Positions 40,120 to 51,416 are shown, counted from the stretch's first letter. The stretch is 64,000 bases of DNA from Parcubacteria group bacterium (GCA_041662245.1 JBAZSW010000004.1:75454-139453); one strand, 5' to 3'. The notes: generated from the letters alone by a model not told the origin. Made by a program: numbers and translations.

Positions 40120-40288
40120 GTGTTTCTCTACAAATTACGAATTTAACATCTGTCACCAACGGGCAGACCAATATATAGATAGTGCAATTCCCAATTTTTA
40201 AAAAAACATTATTTTTTAAAAATCTGAAACAGCAACAACGGCTCCTTAGCACTGTATGCTACTATTTTAATCGAAATGCCCCAATAAA

Positions 40289-42706
40289 TCAAATCTGCCA
40301 TTTATCTCGTTGCTCTTGAGAAATATCTTCTTCATTTCCATCATTGCTATTGTTATTATTTTTATGACCTCCTGACGATTCTTTACTTAATAAAACCTCT
40401 CGAGGTTTAGACCCATCGGCACCCCCCACAATTCCATCTCTTTCCAAGCTATCAATCAAACGAGCAGCTCTATTATAACCAATTCTGAATTTTCTTTGTA
40501 AAAGTGAAGCGGAAGCTTTTCCTAAATCCAAAACAAAATCTTTTACTTCATCATAAATAGTGTCTTCTTCATCATTATCCCGAGAAACAGAGAAATCCAA
40601 TTGTCCAGAGCTATCTCTAGGTTCATTTCCTCTTGGACTCGAATCAGTGTTCAATTCTTCCTCAATATCGTCATCTTCATCTTTTTTATAAACTCGCTCT
40701 CCTTGTTCAATTATATATTCCACTACTCTTCTGACTTCATTTTCTGACACAAAAGAGTTTTGTAATCTTCTGGGCTTAGGAGATTCTGAAGAAAGAAAAA
40801 GTAAATCACCCTTACCCAGTAAAGTTTCTGCTCCTCGCATATCAATAATCGTTCTAGAATCAATTTGACTAGCCACTTGGAGTGCAATTCTAGTTGTAAT
40901 ATTGGCTTTAATTATACCTGTTATAACTTCCACACTAGGCCTCTGGGTGGAAATAATCAAATGAATTCCCACTGCCCTTGCCATCTGTGCCAAACGCATT
41001 ATCGCCCCTTCAACTTCCTTACCGTGGGAAATCATCAAATCCGCTAGTTCATCAATTACGATGACAATAAAAGGTAGCTTCTTTAATTCCTCCTTGACTG
41101 TTTCGCCTGTATCGGGATCGATCACGTCACGAGTCATTCCCTTTTTAAATTTCTGGGAATAAGATTCTAAATCCCTTGAACCAGTTGATTCTAAAATTTT
41201 ATAACGCTCTTCCATCTCCCTTACTGCCCATTTTAAAGAATTGACTACTCTTTTATTATCTGTAATAACTGGCGATAACAGATGAGGGATCCTATTATAA
41301 AGAGAAAGCTCCACTCTTTTTGGATCAACTAATATCATTTTTAATTCATCGGGAGAATTTTGGAAAAGTAAAGACAAGATTATTGAATTGATACATACAC
41401 TTTTCCCAGTTCCCGTTGCCCCTGCAATCAAAAGATGTGGCATTTTTCCCAAATTAGCTACAATGAAATTTCCCTCTACATTTTTTCCTAGAACTAAAGA
41501 CAGGGGAGTTTTTCTATTTTTAAACTCATCACTCTCTAGGGCATTCTTTAATCTAACCATAATTGGCTTTTTGTTAGGAACTTCGATACCAATCAAAGAT
41601 TTTCCAGGAATAGGAGCTTCGATTCTGATAGGATGAGCAGCTAGAGCAAGAGCCAAATCATCTCCTAGCGCCACAATTTTACTTAATTTAACTCCCACCG
41701 CAGGACGAAAACTATATTGAGTAACGGCTGGTCCTATCTTCACTCCACCATCTTCAAGGGCAATGCCAAAATTGGCAAATGTATCTTTTATAATATCAAT
41801 ATTCTCATCAATATTTCCACTGTAAGCCTCTCCACTAGAGTCATCCAAGAGATTAATAGAGGGGAGTTTCCAAACCTCCAAAGATTCCCGATTTATTTTG
41901 TTTGTCTTATTGTATTTATCTTTATTATCAAAAGAAGTATTTTTTATATTAAAATCATCTTTATTATCTCCATTATTGTCTTTTTTTACAGGAATATCAC
42001 TAGGGCCCTCCACAAATTTAACCTCTTTGATATTATGTTCTAAATCAACTTTATTTATCAAACTATCTCCCTCAATATCATTATCTTTTTCCTCCTCATC
42101 TGCTTTCTCTAAAATTTCTTTGTTTGCTACGTCCTCTTCGACTCTGTTCTCTTCTTTTTTTATTTTATTAAATAGATTAATGAAGAATTCTACTAAAGAA
42201 AAATTAAAAGCAATCATTACCCCTATAGAAAAAAATGCAACTAAAAAAACAACGCCTACAATTTTTCCCATAAGTTTTATCAAAGTGAGTGAAATGAAAT
42301 ATCCCACATATCCTCCACCCTGACCTTGTTTAGCTATTTCAGATAATAGCTCATAATCATAAAAAATATGAAAAAAACCAAGTAGACTCAAAAAAGCAAT
42401 AGAAAGACCGGCTATTTTTACCACATAGAAAACAGTTTTCTTTTTATAAAGTAATATTATCGCCGTTAAAAATAAAGTTATCGGAAACAACCATTTCCCC
42501 CAACCAAAAACTACTCCTCCAAATTTATCTAGAAACTTTCCAAAAGCGCCTCCCGCTCCAAAAAATCCAAAAGAAAAAAGAATGGTCATTAAAAATAAAA
42601 GTACAATAGCGATTCCTCTCTTAACGCTATTTTTTAAATTTAAATCAAATTCTATTTTTTTTTCTTGATCTTCCTTGGAGTCTTTTTCTTTTAATTTTTT
42701 TTTCAT
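40289..42706 (-). CDS. ftsK: DNA translocase FtsK/SpoIIIE
   Basis: N-terminal TM helices; Walker A LIAGATGTGKSV; C-terminal gamma-like winged helix. Confidence 0.92.
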   Translation of the reverse strand: MKKKLKEKDSKEDQEKKIEFDLNLKNSVKRGIAIVLLFLMTILFSFGFFGAGGAFGKFLDKFGGVVFGWGKWLFPITLFLTAIILLYKKKTVFYVVKIAGLSIAFLSLLGFFHIFYDYELLSEIAKQGQGGGYVGYFISLTLIKLMGKIVGVVFLVAFFSIGVMIAFNFSLVEFFINLFNKIKKEENRVEEDVANKEILEKADEEEKDNDIEGDSLINKVDLEHNIKEVKFVEGPSDIPVKKDNNGDNKDDFNIKNTSFDNKDKYNKTNKINRESLEVWKLPSINLLDDSSGEAYSGNIDENIDIIKDTFANFGIALEDGGVKIGPAVTQYSFRPAVGVKLSKIVALGDDLALALAAHPIRIEAPIPGKSLIGIEVPNKKPIMVRLKNALESDEFKNRKTPLSLVLGKNVEGNFIVANLGKMPHLLIAGATGTGKSVCINSIILSLLFQNSPDELKMILVDPKRVELSLYNRIPHLLSPVITDNKRVVNSLKWAVREMEERYKILESTGSRDLESYSQKFKKGMTRDVIDPDTGETVKEELKKLPFIVIVIDELADLMISHGKEVEGAIMRLAQMARAVGIHLIISTQRPSVEVITGIIKANITTRIALQVASQIDSRTIIDMRGAETLLGKGDLLFLSSESPKPRRLQNSFVSENEVRRVVEYIIEQGERVYKKDEDDDIEEELNTDSSPRGNEPRDSSGQLDFSVSRDNDEEDTIYDEVKDFVLDLGKASASLLQRKFRIGYNRAARLIDSLERDGIVGGADGSKPREVLLSKESSGGHKNNNNSNDGNEEDISQEQRDKWQI

Positions 42707-42770
42707 AATGTAATTTAGTTCTTTTTGTTTGTTCTATTTTTTCTCCATATCCAATATTCTAGCACAATTT

Positions 42771-43943
42771 CTAAAATGTTACTTCTATTTCCATTTCCTT
42801 TCCATCTCTTAAAACATTAAGGGTAGCCACATCCTCTTTCTCATATTGATTAATGAAATTAGACAAAGGATGACTTGGATTAATTTCATTACCATCAATG
42901 GATAAAATTATATCATTAAGTTTGAGTTCAGCTTTTTCGGCAGGACTATCAGCAATAATAGCCAACCCTTGTTTTTCGGAAGAGGAATAAATTAGGGCAC
43001 CCTTGTCTACGGTAAGCTCTTTCAGATTTTTATAGAATGGATTGACCGAAATGTAATATATCCCTAGTTTTGCCGCTTGATCAATTCTATTTTCGACTAC
43101 TCTCTGCATAGAGTCGCTAATCGCATCAATTGGTATTTGAAAATATTTTTTTTCATTATTTATTTCCAACTTAGCGCTGACAGCTATCAGTTCTCCACTA
43201 TGATTGATGACCGGTCCCCCTACATATTTATCATCCTCAATAAAATTTGCCTCTAGCACCCCTTCTAATTTTTCAGATGAAGCGATTCCTCCCCCTGCTA
43301 AATTAAAACTCTCGTCAAAACCGCTCAAAGTTCCTTCAGCCAAATAAGCCTTCTGCAGTCCCGATAAGTTTCCAATAAAAATAACTTTTTTTCCAGAATT
43401 ATTGTCATCACTATTTGCAAAAGGTACTGTAGTTAAATTAATACCATCTACTTTAAGATAGGCTAGGTTTGAAAAATCATCTATTCCCAGAAGCGTCGCA
43501 TCTAAAACATTTCCTCCAAAAGTAACCACTTTATAATCAGCATTTTTTTCCACAACATTGGTTCTATCGGTAACTACGATTCCATCATTAGTTAGAATTG
43601 TTCCTGCTCCAGAAACACCTTTTGAATATTTTCCCAAATTATTCGAAACATTTATTTTTTTAATATTCTTATCATTTTTTTCAAAAGAAAGCACATCCAC
43701 TACAGCATAAACCGCGCTAGAAGCTATCTCACTTATTGAAATATCTTCATTAACAATAACTTTCTCTGTCTTGGTTATGATGGTGGTATTTTTATTATCA
43801 TTATCAAAAATTCCCAATTTTGAAAATATTTTTGAATCTATAAGAGTGGGAGTAAGATATCTTCCGAAAAATAAATTGCCCATCCAACCAAAAAACATTA
43901 TTAAAATACAAACTACAATTACTTTTACTGTTTTTTTCTTCAT
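42771..43943 (-). CDS. HtrA/DegP-like trypsin-fold protein with PDZ domain, catalytic triad apparently lost (pseudoprotease)
   Basis: aligned with DegP: TNNHVV becomes TDRTNVV (no His), DIALI becomes NLAYL (Asp to Asn), GNSGGAL becomes YVGGPVI (Ser to Val); PDZ LNDIILSIDGNEI retained. Confidence 0.6.
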   Translation of the reverse strand: MKKKTVKVIVVCILIMFFGWMGNLFFGRYLTPTLIDSKIFSKLGIFDNDNKNTTIITKTEKVIVNEDISISEIASSAVYAVVDVLSFEKNDKNIKKINVSNNLGKYSKGVSGAGTILTNDGIVVTDRTNVVEKNADYKVVTFGGNVLDATLLGIDDFSNLAYLKVDGINLTTVPFANSDDNNSGKKVIFIGNLSGLQKAYLAEGTLSGFDESFNLAGGGIASSEKLEGVLEANFIEDDKYVGGPVINHSGELIAVSAKLEINNEKKYFQIPIDAISDSMQRVVENRIDQAAKLGIYYISVNPFYKNLKELTVDKGALIYSSSEKQGLAIIADSPAEKAELKLNDIILSIDGNEINPSHPLSNFINQYEKEDVATLNVLRDGKEMEIEVTF

Positions 43944-43994
43944 ATTTTTTTAACAACTTTGATAATTTACAACTAATATTTATATTTCAATTAA

Positions 43995-44735
43995 TTAAAT
44001 GTTCGGTAACCAGATTGAACTGTACAAAATAATTATGCTCATAAAAACAAAAAAAACCAGATTTACTAACACTTTTTTGACCGACAGGATGTCTCTAAGA
44101 TAATTCTGAGATAAATCCCAAATAATATAATAAAACATTAAAAGCACTGTTCCTGTAGTAAGATATCCAAATGGCCAAAAGTTTATAGTCCAACCCATTT
44201 CCAAAACACCAAAGCCTAAAACCAAACTATATACCTGCAATTTTTTCTTATTTTCCTCTCCTACTAGCAAAAAATATTGATAACTGATAAGAGCAATATT
44301 AAAAAAATAAAAAGTCATAAGTGCCCACGATGGAATGTCGAAATTTAAATAAACACCATAGGTAGAAGAAAAAAACAAAAAAATAACAGCCATAAGGGAC
44401 ATGTCAATCACTCCCTTGGCAGTCTTACTGTCTGGTTTTTTTGATATTCGATAGATACCAAAAAGCAGAAAATAATCCACTAAACCACTAATTATTATAA
44501 AAATATGCCTCTCAATATTGAAATCTATCAGATGCAGGATTGTCCAAACCGAAAAATAAAAAACTAAAGCAATAAACCAACCCGACCAAGCCTTAGAGAA
44601 CATCCTAAAGGAAATTAAACAAGCCACCAAAAAAATAAAAAAATAAAACCAAAAAAATCCTTTATGCAAAAGCATCGCCTCCAACAAAAGGGAAAAAGCA
44701 ATTGATTGAAATATGGCAGGTAGATATAAAAACAC
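43995..44735 (-). CDS. hypothetical polytopic membrane protein
   Basis: at least 6 predicted TM helices; no motif. Confidence 0.4.
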   Translation of the reverse strand: MFLYLPAIFQSIAFSLLLEAMLLHKGFFWFYFFIFLVACLISFRMFSKAWSGWFIALVFYFSVWTILHLIDFNIERHIFIIISGLVDYFLLFGIYRISKKPDSKTAKGVIDMSLMAVIFLFFSSTYGVYLNFDIPSWALMTFYFFNIALISYQYFLLVGEENKKKLQVYSLVLGFGVLEMGWTINFWPFGYLTTGTVLLMFYYIIWDLSQNYLRDILSVKKVLVNLVFFVFMSIIILYSSIWLPNI

Positions 44736-44835
44736 AACAAAAATAGAAAAAAATTAACAACTATAATCAATCCACACAAAAACTATCTGGAAAAATTCCC
44801 AAAGAATAAGCTCTACGTATCTTTAAGCAATAGCT

Positions 44836-45024
44836 TTAAGCTTCCAGCGAAATAGCATTCACAGGACAACCATCTACAGCTTCTTGGCAATTGCAATCAC
44901 CACATTCTTCAGCTATAACTTTTGATTTTCCTTTTTCAGCATCAATTTTAAAAACAGTAGGACAGATTGCCTCACATGTTCCGCAACCAATACACAAATC
45001 TTCATTAACTTTACATTTCGCCAT
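44836..45024 (-). CDS. ferredoxin (two Cys clusters)
   Basis: CIGCGTCEAICP and CGDCNCQEAVDGCP. Confidence 0.8.
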   Translation of the reverse strand: MAKCKVNEDLCIGCGTCEAICPTVFKIDAEKGKSKVIAEECGDCNCQEAVDGCPVNAISLEA

Positions 45025-45123
45025 ATCGTTTTATTTTCTTAAAAACATTCGATTGATTGTTCTTAAAAAGTAAACTTAAAAAATTAATTACTCCTTTATA
45101 ATAACAGATTATTTATAATAAAG

Positions 45124-46197
45124 CTATAAAGCCAACAGGGATGCGTCTTTGTCTGCTTTATTTAGCGACTCCTTTTCAAATTCATCCATTTTCTTATCTT
45201 TAAATTCCACCATACCACTCTTTTGATTCCAAACATAATCAGTTAATAATACTGACACTCGTATTTCTTTGATTTTTTTATCTAACCAATTGGCAAAAGA
45301 TGTCTTAGGGAAAAATAATTGACTTATTTCATAAAGTTTAACTCCATTTGCTTCATTTACATCATCCAATTTTATTATATGATAACCCAAGTCACTTTCA
45401 AGAATATCACTACTATTTCCTTTATTTAAAGAAACAACATCCTTTCTTATCTCTGGAGATAACTGATCCTCTTTAAACCATCCCAATTTACCACCCAAGA
45501 TTGAATCATCTTTCGAAATATCTTTTAATACTTTACTAAAATCTTCTCCTTTTTTAATTTTCGCCAAAGCATCTGCGGAATTTTTTTTAGATTTTTCATT
45601 CTTTTCCTTTCCATCATTTTCAGCTAACCATTTTTCCAACTCATCCTTATATAAACCCGGTCTAACTACCTTATCTTTAAAATCTTCTATTGTCCAACCA
45701 TATAATTTATTTAAATTTTCTTTTATTTTTTCCTGACTGCTATATTCATCCATTTTCCTATCCACGTTGTCATTGACATCTTTTTTAGACACAATAATTC
45801 CCCTTTCTTTAGCTAATATTTCTATCGCCCTGTCTTCAATCATTTTATTTATCAATTCTTTCTCTCTTATTTTTAATCTTCGTTTGCCATCTTCGGTAGT
45901 AAAATCAGTCCGTAAACCCACAGAGGAAAAATCTTGACTCTCATAAAACTTTTTTATAGAAAGTAAGTCTTGATTAACCTCACCAATTGAAATAAAGCTA
46001 GTTCCATCAACTATCACTGCTGGCAGGGGAATATGATTATAGATATAAATAGGAATTTTTTTTGCACTATTAAAACGATAGATAAAAATTATGCCTACCG
46101 CTAAAACGACGCCCACAAAAATAGCACTACCGTAAAGGACTGTACTCATTTTAACTTTCTTCACAGGATTCCCTTTGTCTTTGTCATTCTCCTTCAT
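45124..46197 (-). CDS. parvulin-type peptidyl-prolyl isomerase (PrsA/SurA-like), membrane-anchored
   Basis: N-terminal TM; parvulin core SDLGYHIIKL. Confidence 0.7.
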   Translation of the reverse strand: MKENDKDKGNPVKKVKMSTVLYGSAIFVGVVLAVGIIFIYRFNSAKKIPIYIYNHIPLPAVIVDGTSFISIGEVNQDLLSIKKFYESQDFSSVGLRTDFTTEDGKRRLKIREKELINKMIEDRAIEILAKERGIIVSKKDVNDNVDRKMDEYSSQEKIKENLNKLYGWTIEDFKDKVVRPGLYKDELEKWLAENDGKEKNEKSKKNSADALAKIKKGEDFSKVLKDISKDDSILGGKLGWFKEDQLSPEIRKDVVSLNKGNSSDILESDLGYHIIKLDDVNEANGVKLYEISQLFFPKTSFANWLDKKIKEIRVSVLLTDYVWNQKSGMVEFKDKKMDEFEKESLNKADKDASLLAL

Positions 46198-46230
46198 ATT
46201 TTTTATAATATTTTATATCCTTATTTATAC

Positions 46231-46632
46231 TTAAATGCCTCCTTTCACCACTTCCCACCATTTTTTATAATTGGGCAGATTTTCTTGATATTTCATTTTA
46301 TCAATTTCATTATTATTTTCTTCCAACGAATCATTTGCAGAAGCGCCCAAAACTTTAGAGTTGGGTTGTACTACCACGACTTTTTCCCCTACATTCCTCA
46401 AACTTAATCTATCTTTAGCCACACTTTCCTTATAATGATCCGACTGCAAATAACCTATTTTTTCTTTTAAAAAGTTGTTTTGGGCATTTAACTCTTCGGA
46501 CTCGGATTGAAGTGCGCTGATTTCGCTTTCGATATTTTTTGATCTTTTCATTTCTTTAAAAGTAGGAATGGAAAAAAAAGCCAAAACTCCCAGTAATGCC
46601 ACAGAAACTATTATAAGGAAAAATGATTTCAT
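46231..46632 (-). CDS. septum formation initiator FtsB/DivIC-like
   Basis: TM plus coiled coil; C-terminal YKESVAKDRLSL motif. Confidence 0.6.
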   Translation of the reverse strand: MKSFFLIIVSVALLGVLAFFSIPTFKEMKRSKNIESEISALQSESEELNAQNNFLKEKIGYLQSDHYKESVAKDRLSLRNVGEKVVVVQPNSKVLGASANDSLEENNNEIDKMKYQENLPNYKKWWEVVKGGI

Positions 46633-46877
46633 CTTGTAAATTTAAATTATAATTTAAAATCCTGTAAAAGCTGGCGCAATCAAAAATCCTACCATAGAAA
46701 CCACAGCCAACAAGGAAATTATTATCCAAATTATTCTTATTTTTTTTCTTAATTTTCTCATATCTTTAATATTAATCAATTTTTAGCAAAAAAACAACCC
46801 CACCCCATTGCACAGCAAACACTATCAACCTCTTGTGATTAATTCTACAAATTTTATCGATAGAGCGAATGAAAATT

Positions 46878-47555
46878 TTAAAATTCGACAAAATGTGGAT
46901 ATTCGCGACAAATAGGTGAATGTGCCGTTCGCAAAACGTACCACTGATGAGATTTACTGCTAGATAGCTCTTCCAATTTCCATCCTAAATTATTTACACA
47001 AAATGATACTGCTTTTGCTACAGATGGTGCTTGATAATCATCCCCGAATATAATTCCTCCGGGACGAACTAACTGACCAAGATAGATTAAATCTAAAAAT
47101 ACTCCATCAAATAAATGACTTCCATCCACATAAGCAAAATCAAATCGTTTCCCTTCGCTTAATAATCTTGGCAAGATAATTTGTGATTTCTCAGAAATAT
47201 GTTCAACTATAGATGAGACACCCGCTTCTTCTAACACTTGCAACCCGCAATTCGCAAATTTTGGCTGACTCGATTGAAAGGGGTCTATGGCAATGTGGTT
47301 TACTTTTGGATTTCCGTTAGTAAGAAGTCCCTCGCAGATATAAAGAGTCGAAATACCCCAAGCAAGACCGATCTCGATTGTATACACCGCTTTTTCCTTA
47401 ATTACCCAATCTCTTAGCACTTTTCCTTGATCTGCATTAATAGCAATAGGAAAAATATCATGGACTGAGCCATCTAAACGTGCAGTTATTTTACCATCAT
47501 GAATAAGACGCTCGGTAACCAAATGAATATTTTGTAATAAATTATTTTTAGTCAT
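46878..47555 (-). CDS. class I SAM-dependent O-methyltransferase (family 3-like)
   Basis: IEIGLAWGISTLY SAM-binding motif I; DGSHLFDG; GGIIFGDD. Confidence 0.7.
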   Translation of the reverse strand: MTKNNLLQNIHLVTERLIHDGKITARLDGSVHDIFPIAINADQGKVLRDWVIKEKAVYTIEIGLAWGISTLYICEGLLTNGNPKVNHIAIDPFQSSQPKFANCGLQVLEEAGVSSIVEHISEKSQIILPRLLSEGKRFDFAYVDGSHLFDGVFLDLIYLGQLVRPGGIIFGDDYQAPSVAKAVSFCVNNLGWKLEELSSSKSHQWYVLRTAHSPICREYPHFVEF

Positions 47556-47669
47556 AGTCGTATCATCTTCTTAAATTTATTAACACTCCTTAATAATATA
47601 AATAATGTCAATTTCCGAGCCAGATACGTGATGGATGTAAGAAATCTTACGAAAAACTGAAGAGAAGAA

Positions 47670-48854
47670 TTATTTAATTTTACTTTTCAAATAATTATAA
47701 TATTCTTCGCTATTACTATTTTTAACAGTATAATTATTTATTGCTTTTTCTCTAGCTTTGGCACCCATTTCTTGTCTTAAATTACCATTAAGTATCAATT
47801 TTTCCAATTTTTCCATCCATTCATCACTATCACTAGCCACAAAACCGTCCACTCCATCATTGATAGCTTCACGAAAGGTTTGCGTAGCGGTAGCAACAGT
47901 AGGTACAGTCAAAATCCCTGCTTCAAAAAATTTTAATTCTGACTTAGACTCACAAAAAGGATTATTTATTTCCAAGGGAGCTATATTTATATCTATCCCC
48001 GCTATATTTTTATAATTTTCTTTCCTAGGAACATAAGGCATTTTTTTAATTCTTTTCTCATATTTTTTAAATTTATCGCTAATCTCTAGGGGTCCTCCCA
48101 AGAAAAGTCTTACATCATCATATTTATCCATTAAATGAATCAGGACATCTTCTATAGTTGAAAAATCTTTATCATGACCATGCGCTCCGCTAAAATAACC
48201 AATTACCACCCTTTCTAACGGAAAATATATATTAAATAGCTTTTTTTCCATTATTTCTTCTACTATTTCCAAATCACTTTGGGGCATTTTGTTTTTTACT
48301 ACTAGCACCCTTTTCCCAATCTCTCTCAATTTTTCTGCCAAATAATTCGTTGAAGTTGTGCATACTTTTATATAATCATCACTAACAATTTCTCCACCCA
48401 CTCCGTTTTCATATAGCTTTTTCTCAAAAATATTCATCTTTTTAAAAAAATCCATATGCTCCAAATATTTTTTATCAAAAACTAAATCATCCGTATCAAA
48501 AATAATTTCTTTGCCCTGCTCTTTTATTTTTTTGATTAACTTTTTTACTCCCCCAGAGTATAATGTTCGATGGAAAACAAAAACTTTAAATCTACCAGCA
48601 TAACTGGTCAAAAAAGGATTATCTTGGATAGTGGTGGCACATTTAAAACCGTGCAATTCTAATTCTTCGGCTACGTATTTTGTCCTATAATTAGCGCTAT
48701 CCCCCACACCCCCCGTAATAAGAAGAATATCTCCGCCTCGCACTCTACCAAACATTGCCCAAAAAGCTTTCAGTACCCTTTTCCCACCGTTAAAAATTCC
48801 ATCTCGTTTTACAGTATGAATGGCTTTCCCTAATTTTATAAGCAGTAGATTCAT
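47670..48854 (-). CDS. glycosyltransferase (GT-B fold)
   Basis: C-terminal FFEAGILTVPTVATAT...DGVDGF GT1-like pattern. Confidence 0.55.
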   Translation of the reverse strand: MNLLLIKLGKAIHTVKRDGIFNGGKRVLKAFWAMFGRVRGGDILLITGGVGDSANYRTKYVAEELELHGFKCATTIQDNPFLTSYAGRFKVFVFHRTLYSGGVKKLIKKIKEQGKEIIFDTDDLVFDKKYLEHMDFFKKMNIFEKKLYENGVGGEIVSDDYIKVCTTSTNYLAEKLREIGKRVLVVKNKMPQSDLEIVEEIMEKKLFNIYFPLERVVIGYFSGAHGHDKDFSTIEDVLIHLMDKYDDVRLFLGGPLEISDKFKKYEKRIKKMPYVPRKENYKNIAGIDINIAPLEINNPFCESKSELKFFEAGILTVPTVATATQTFREAINDGVDGFVASDSDEWMEKLEKLILNGNLRQEMGAKAREKAINNYTVKNSNSEEYYNYLKSKIK

Positions 48855-48870
48855 AAAATAATATTACGAA

Positions 48871-50247
48871 TTATTCTGTACTGTTTTGAAATTCAAATTT
48901 CAAATCTTTTTTTAAGGTGTCTGTTTTTTCAAATTCTCCATCCTTAGTCTTGACTTTAACAGTTACAGGTACATCACCCACCCCCGATTGTTTTTGAATA
49001 AGTAGTTTATAATCCCCTTGTCTAACATTTTCCGGAAGCTCATATTTCAATCTAACTTTTGTTTCTCGATTAATTAAAACATGTAAAGTTGAACCAAAAA
49101 AACTTTTATTAAACTCTTCTCCCTCCAATGGATAGCTTACCATCTCTCTTTCTAATAACTTTGCTCCTTTGGGGGCATAAATTCTTAAATAAGAATGATA
49201 ATCACTAGTTCGCCAATCTCCATAAGTAGCTGTATGCTTGTAAAGAAGGAAAACCTCAGCTATTGGTTTTTCCCCTGTTAAATCGACATTATAAGATATA
49301 TTTCTTTTAATATAATAATCTGATTTTAAAGCTCCCATATTGGCATCCACCATCATAAAATAATCTCCACCCCAATCGGTATTAACCGCCCCATCCCAAT
49401 GCGTTTCAGTTACCATTTTTTGCAAATTTTGATCCGTAAAATTAAGCATCACATCCTTATTGCGAAGCTCTTCCAAAACAAAAGAAGCTAACTTAGGAAT
49501 ATTATTTAAACTCATCAATTTATCCGTTATCTGAGCAGCTAAAGTTTTCATAACATTTTTTCTGTTTTGAGTATCGATATCTTCATTTAAGATATATTTC
49601 TTTTCTACTATTTCTTCTAATTTCAAAACAGCATTATCGCTATTTAACTCAATTCCATTTACCGTCATTGGACCAGTCAAAGTAAAAATTCGACTGAAAG
49701 TATTGGCATTGGTAGCAATTACTCCATCAAAATTACTATTTCCCCCCGAAAGACGATAGAAGTATTTAGCTTTTTCTACATTAGTAGGATAATCTGGAGA
49801 AAAATTAGAATCTCTAAATTTCCATTTTTTCAGACTCATCATTTTTTCAAAAGGATAAGGGGTAGGAACTTTAACGGTGATTCTTTGATCAAGTAAATTA
49901 GCATCCTCAAAGGTTAGCCCTGTAACCATTCCGTCTTTTATTTTCAAAACCGCATATTGACCAAGGAATCCCCCTCCCGGACGAAGTTCCATATTATTTT
50001 GAAGTAATATCAAGAATCTTTTCTCTACACCAGTTTTTTTGGTAAACTCAGTCACCAAAGCATCAATTGTTTGAATTTCTTTTTTAGTATCTTCCTTTAC
50101 AGGAAGGAAATTGATAACATTTTTAGCTACCGAAATAGAATTGGCAATCATAGAAATTTTATCGCTCTTCTTGAATAAAATATATCCCCCGATACCCACA
50201 ATAATAATAACTACCGCCACGATAACTAATTTAATTTTTTTACTCAT
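48871..50247 (-). CDS. DUF4012-domain protein
   Basis: N-terminal TM; ELRPGGGFLGQYAVL signature; C-terminus DLKFEFQN is encoded by a partial copy of the dispersed repeat. Confidence 0.6.
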   Translation of the reverse strand: MSKKIKLVIVAVVIIIVGIGGYILFKKSDKISMIANSISVAKNVINFLPVKEDTKKEIQTIDALVTEFTKKTGVEKRFLILLQNNMELRPGGGFLGQYAVLKIKDGMVTGLTFEDANLLDQRITVKVPTPYPFEKMMSLKKWKFRDSNFSPDYPTNVEKAKYFYRLSGGNSNFDGVIATNANTFSRIFTLTGPMTVNGIELNSDNAVLKLEEIVEKKYILNEDIDTQNRKNVMKTLAAQITDKLMSLNNIPKLASFVLEELRNKDVMLNFTDQNLQKMVTETHWDGAVNTDWGGDYFMMVDANMGALKSDYYIKRNISYNVDLTGEKPIAEVFLLYKHTATYGDWRTSDYHSYLRIYAPKGAKLLEREMVSYPLEGEEFNKSFFGSTLHVLINRETKVRLKYELPENVRQGDYKLLIQKQSGVGDVPVTVKVKTKDGEFEKTDTLKKDLKFEFQNSTE

Positions 50248-51416
50248 TTATTTTTTATTTTATTATAAATATTTATGATTTCCTCTGCTGAAGATTCCCA
50301 AGTAAACTTTTCAATTAATTTTTTGGAGATTTCAGACATTAGCTTTATATTACCTTTATTTCTAAAAAAATACAAAATACCTTCCACGAGCCCATCAGCA
50401 TCAAATTCTTTTACATAATAACCTGCTTCGCCTAGATATCGCCTGTTGTTTTCTCTATCAAAACAAACTACCGGAAGCCCTGCGGCCATATATTGCAAGA
50501 TTTTTCCACTCGCTTGTCCCACTTGGGAAGTTTTGGGATCTATAGCAATATCACCCATTTTATTTACTCTTGGAAGATCAAAATAATTCAAAGGACTAAT
50601 TAACTTTACTACATTTTCTAAATTATTTTTTTTTATAAAATTTTCGATATTTTCTCTTGGCCCCCCCGCTAAAATAAAACTTATTCCTCCCAAATTCATT
50701 TTGGAAATTTTCAAAATTGCCTCCAGTAAAATATTAATTCCTTTATTGTTTACAAAAGCTCCCGAATAAATGACTTTTAATTCATCAACATTTTCCTCTT
50801 TCTTAAAATCATTTTTTTTATATTTATCTATGTTGACTCCATCTAAGACGACTCCGACATTATTTACCTTACCTAACCGATTTATTTTTCCCATCAACTC
50901 ATTTGAACTGGCAATAGTAAAGTCACCTAATTTAAAAATTATTTTTTCCAATAAATTAAAAATCTTCCTGACAAATCCCCCATTTAAATATCCATGAGAT
51001 TCCATCTCACTCACTAACTCTCCGTGAAAATCAGCCACCAATTTAATTTTTCGCCAAAAGAATAAATATTTGACAATCCAGCCAATTAATACCCCCTCGT
51101 GCAAATGAGCATGAATTATATCTGGCTTTTTTAAAAAAACTATTTTAGAAGTTTTCCAAATAAGCAATATATCCAATACCACTTTTTGCCAATCAGCTCC
51201 CGCTTCTCTTTTATTATACCAAAAAAGAAGTCGCGCCACTCGATAAACTTTTATTTTTGAATCTTCATTAATTTCATTTACATTGCGTCCCAAATGATAA
51301 GTAACGATATTCACTTCCACTCCTTTTTTTTCCAAAGCCAAAGCTTCTTCCAAAATCCTCATTGGAGTTCCTCTGTCTACAAAAAATGGCACAGGCGCCA
51401 CCATGGTTACTTTCAT
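50244..51416 (-). CDS. glycosyltransferase family 4
   Basis: GT4 N-terminal domain; C-terminal LQYMAAGLPVVCFD. Confidence 0.8.
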   Translation of the reverse strand: MKVTMVAPVPFFVDRGTPMRILEEALALEKKGVEVNIVTYHLGRNVNEINEDSKIKVYRVARLLFWYNKREAGADWQKVVLDILLIWKTSKIVFLKKPDIIHAHLHEGVLIGWIVKYLFFWRKIKLVADFHGELVSEMESHGYLNGGFVRKIFNLLEKIIFKLGDFTIASSNELMGKINRLGKVNNVGVVLDGVNIDKYKKNDFKKEENVDELKVIYSGAFVNNKGINILLEAILKISKMNLGGISFILAGGPRENIENFIKKNNLENVVKLISPLNYFDLPRVNKMGDIAIDPKTSQVGQASGKILQYMAAGLPVVCFDRENNRRYLGEAGYYVKEFDADGLVEGILYFFRNKGNIKLMSEISKKLIEKFTWESSAEEIINIYNKIKNK

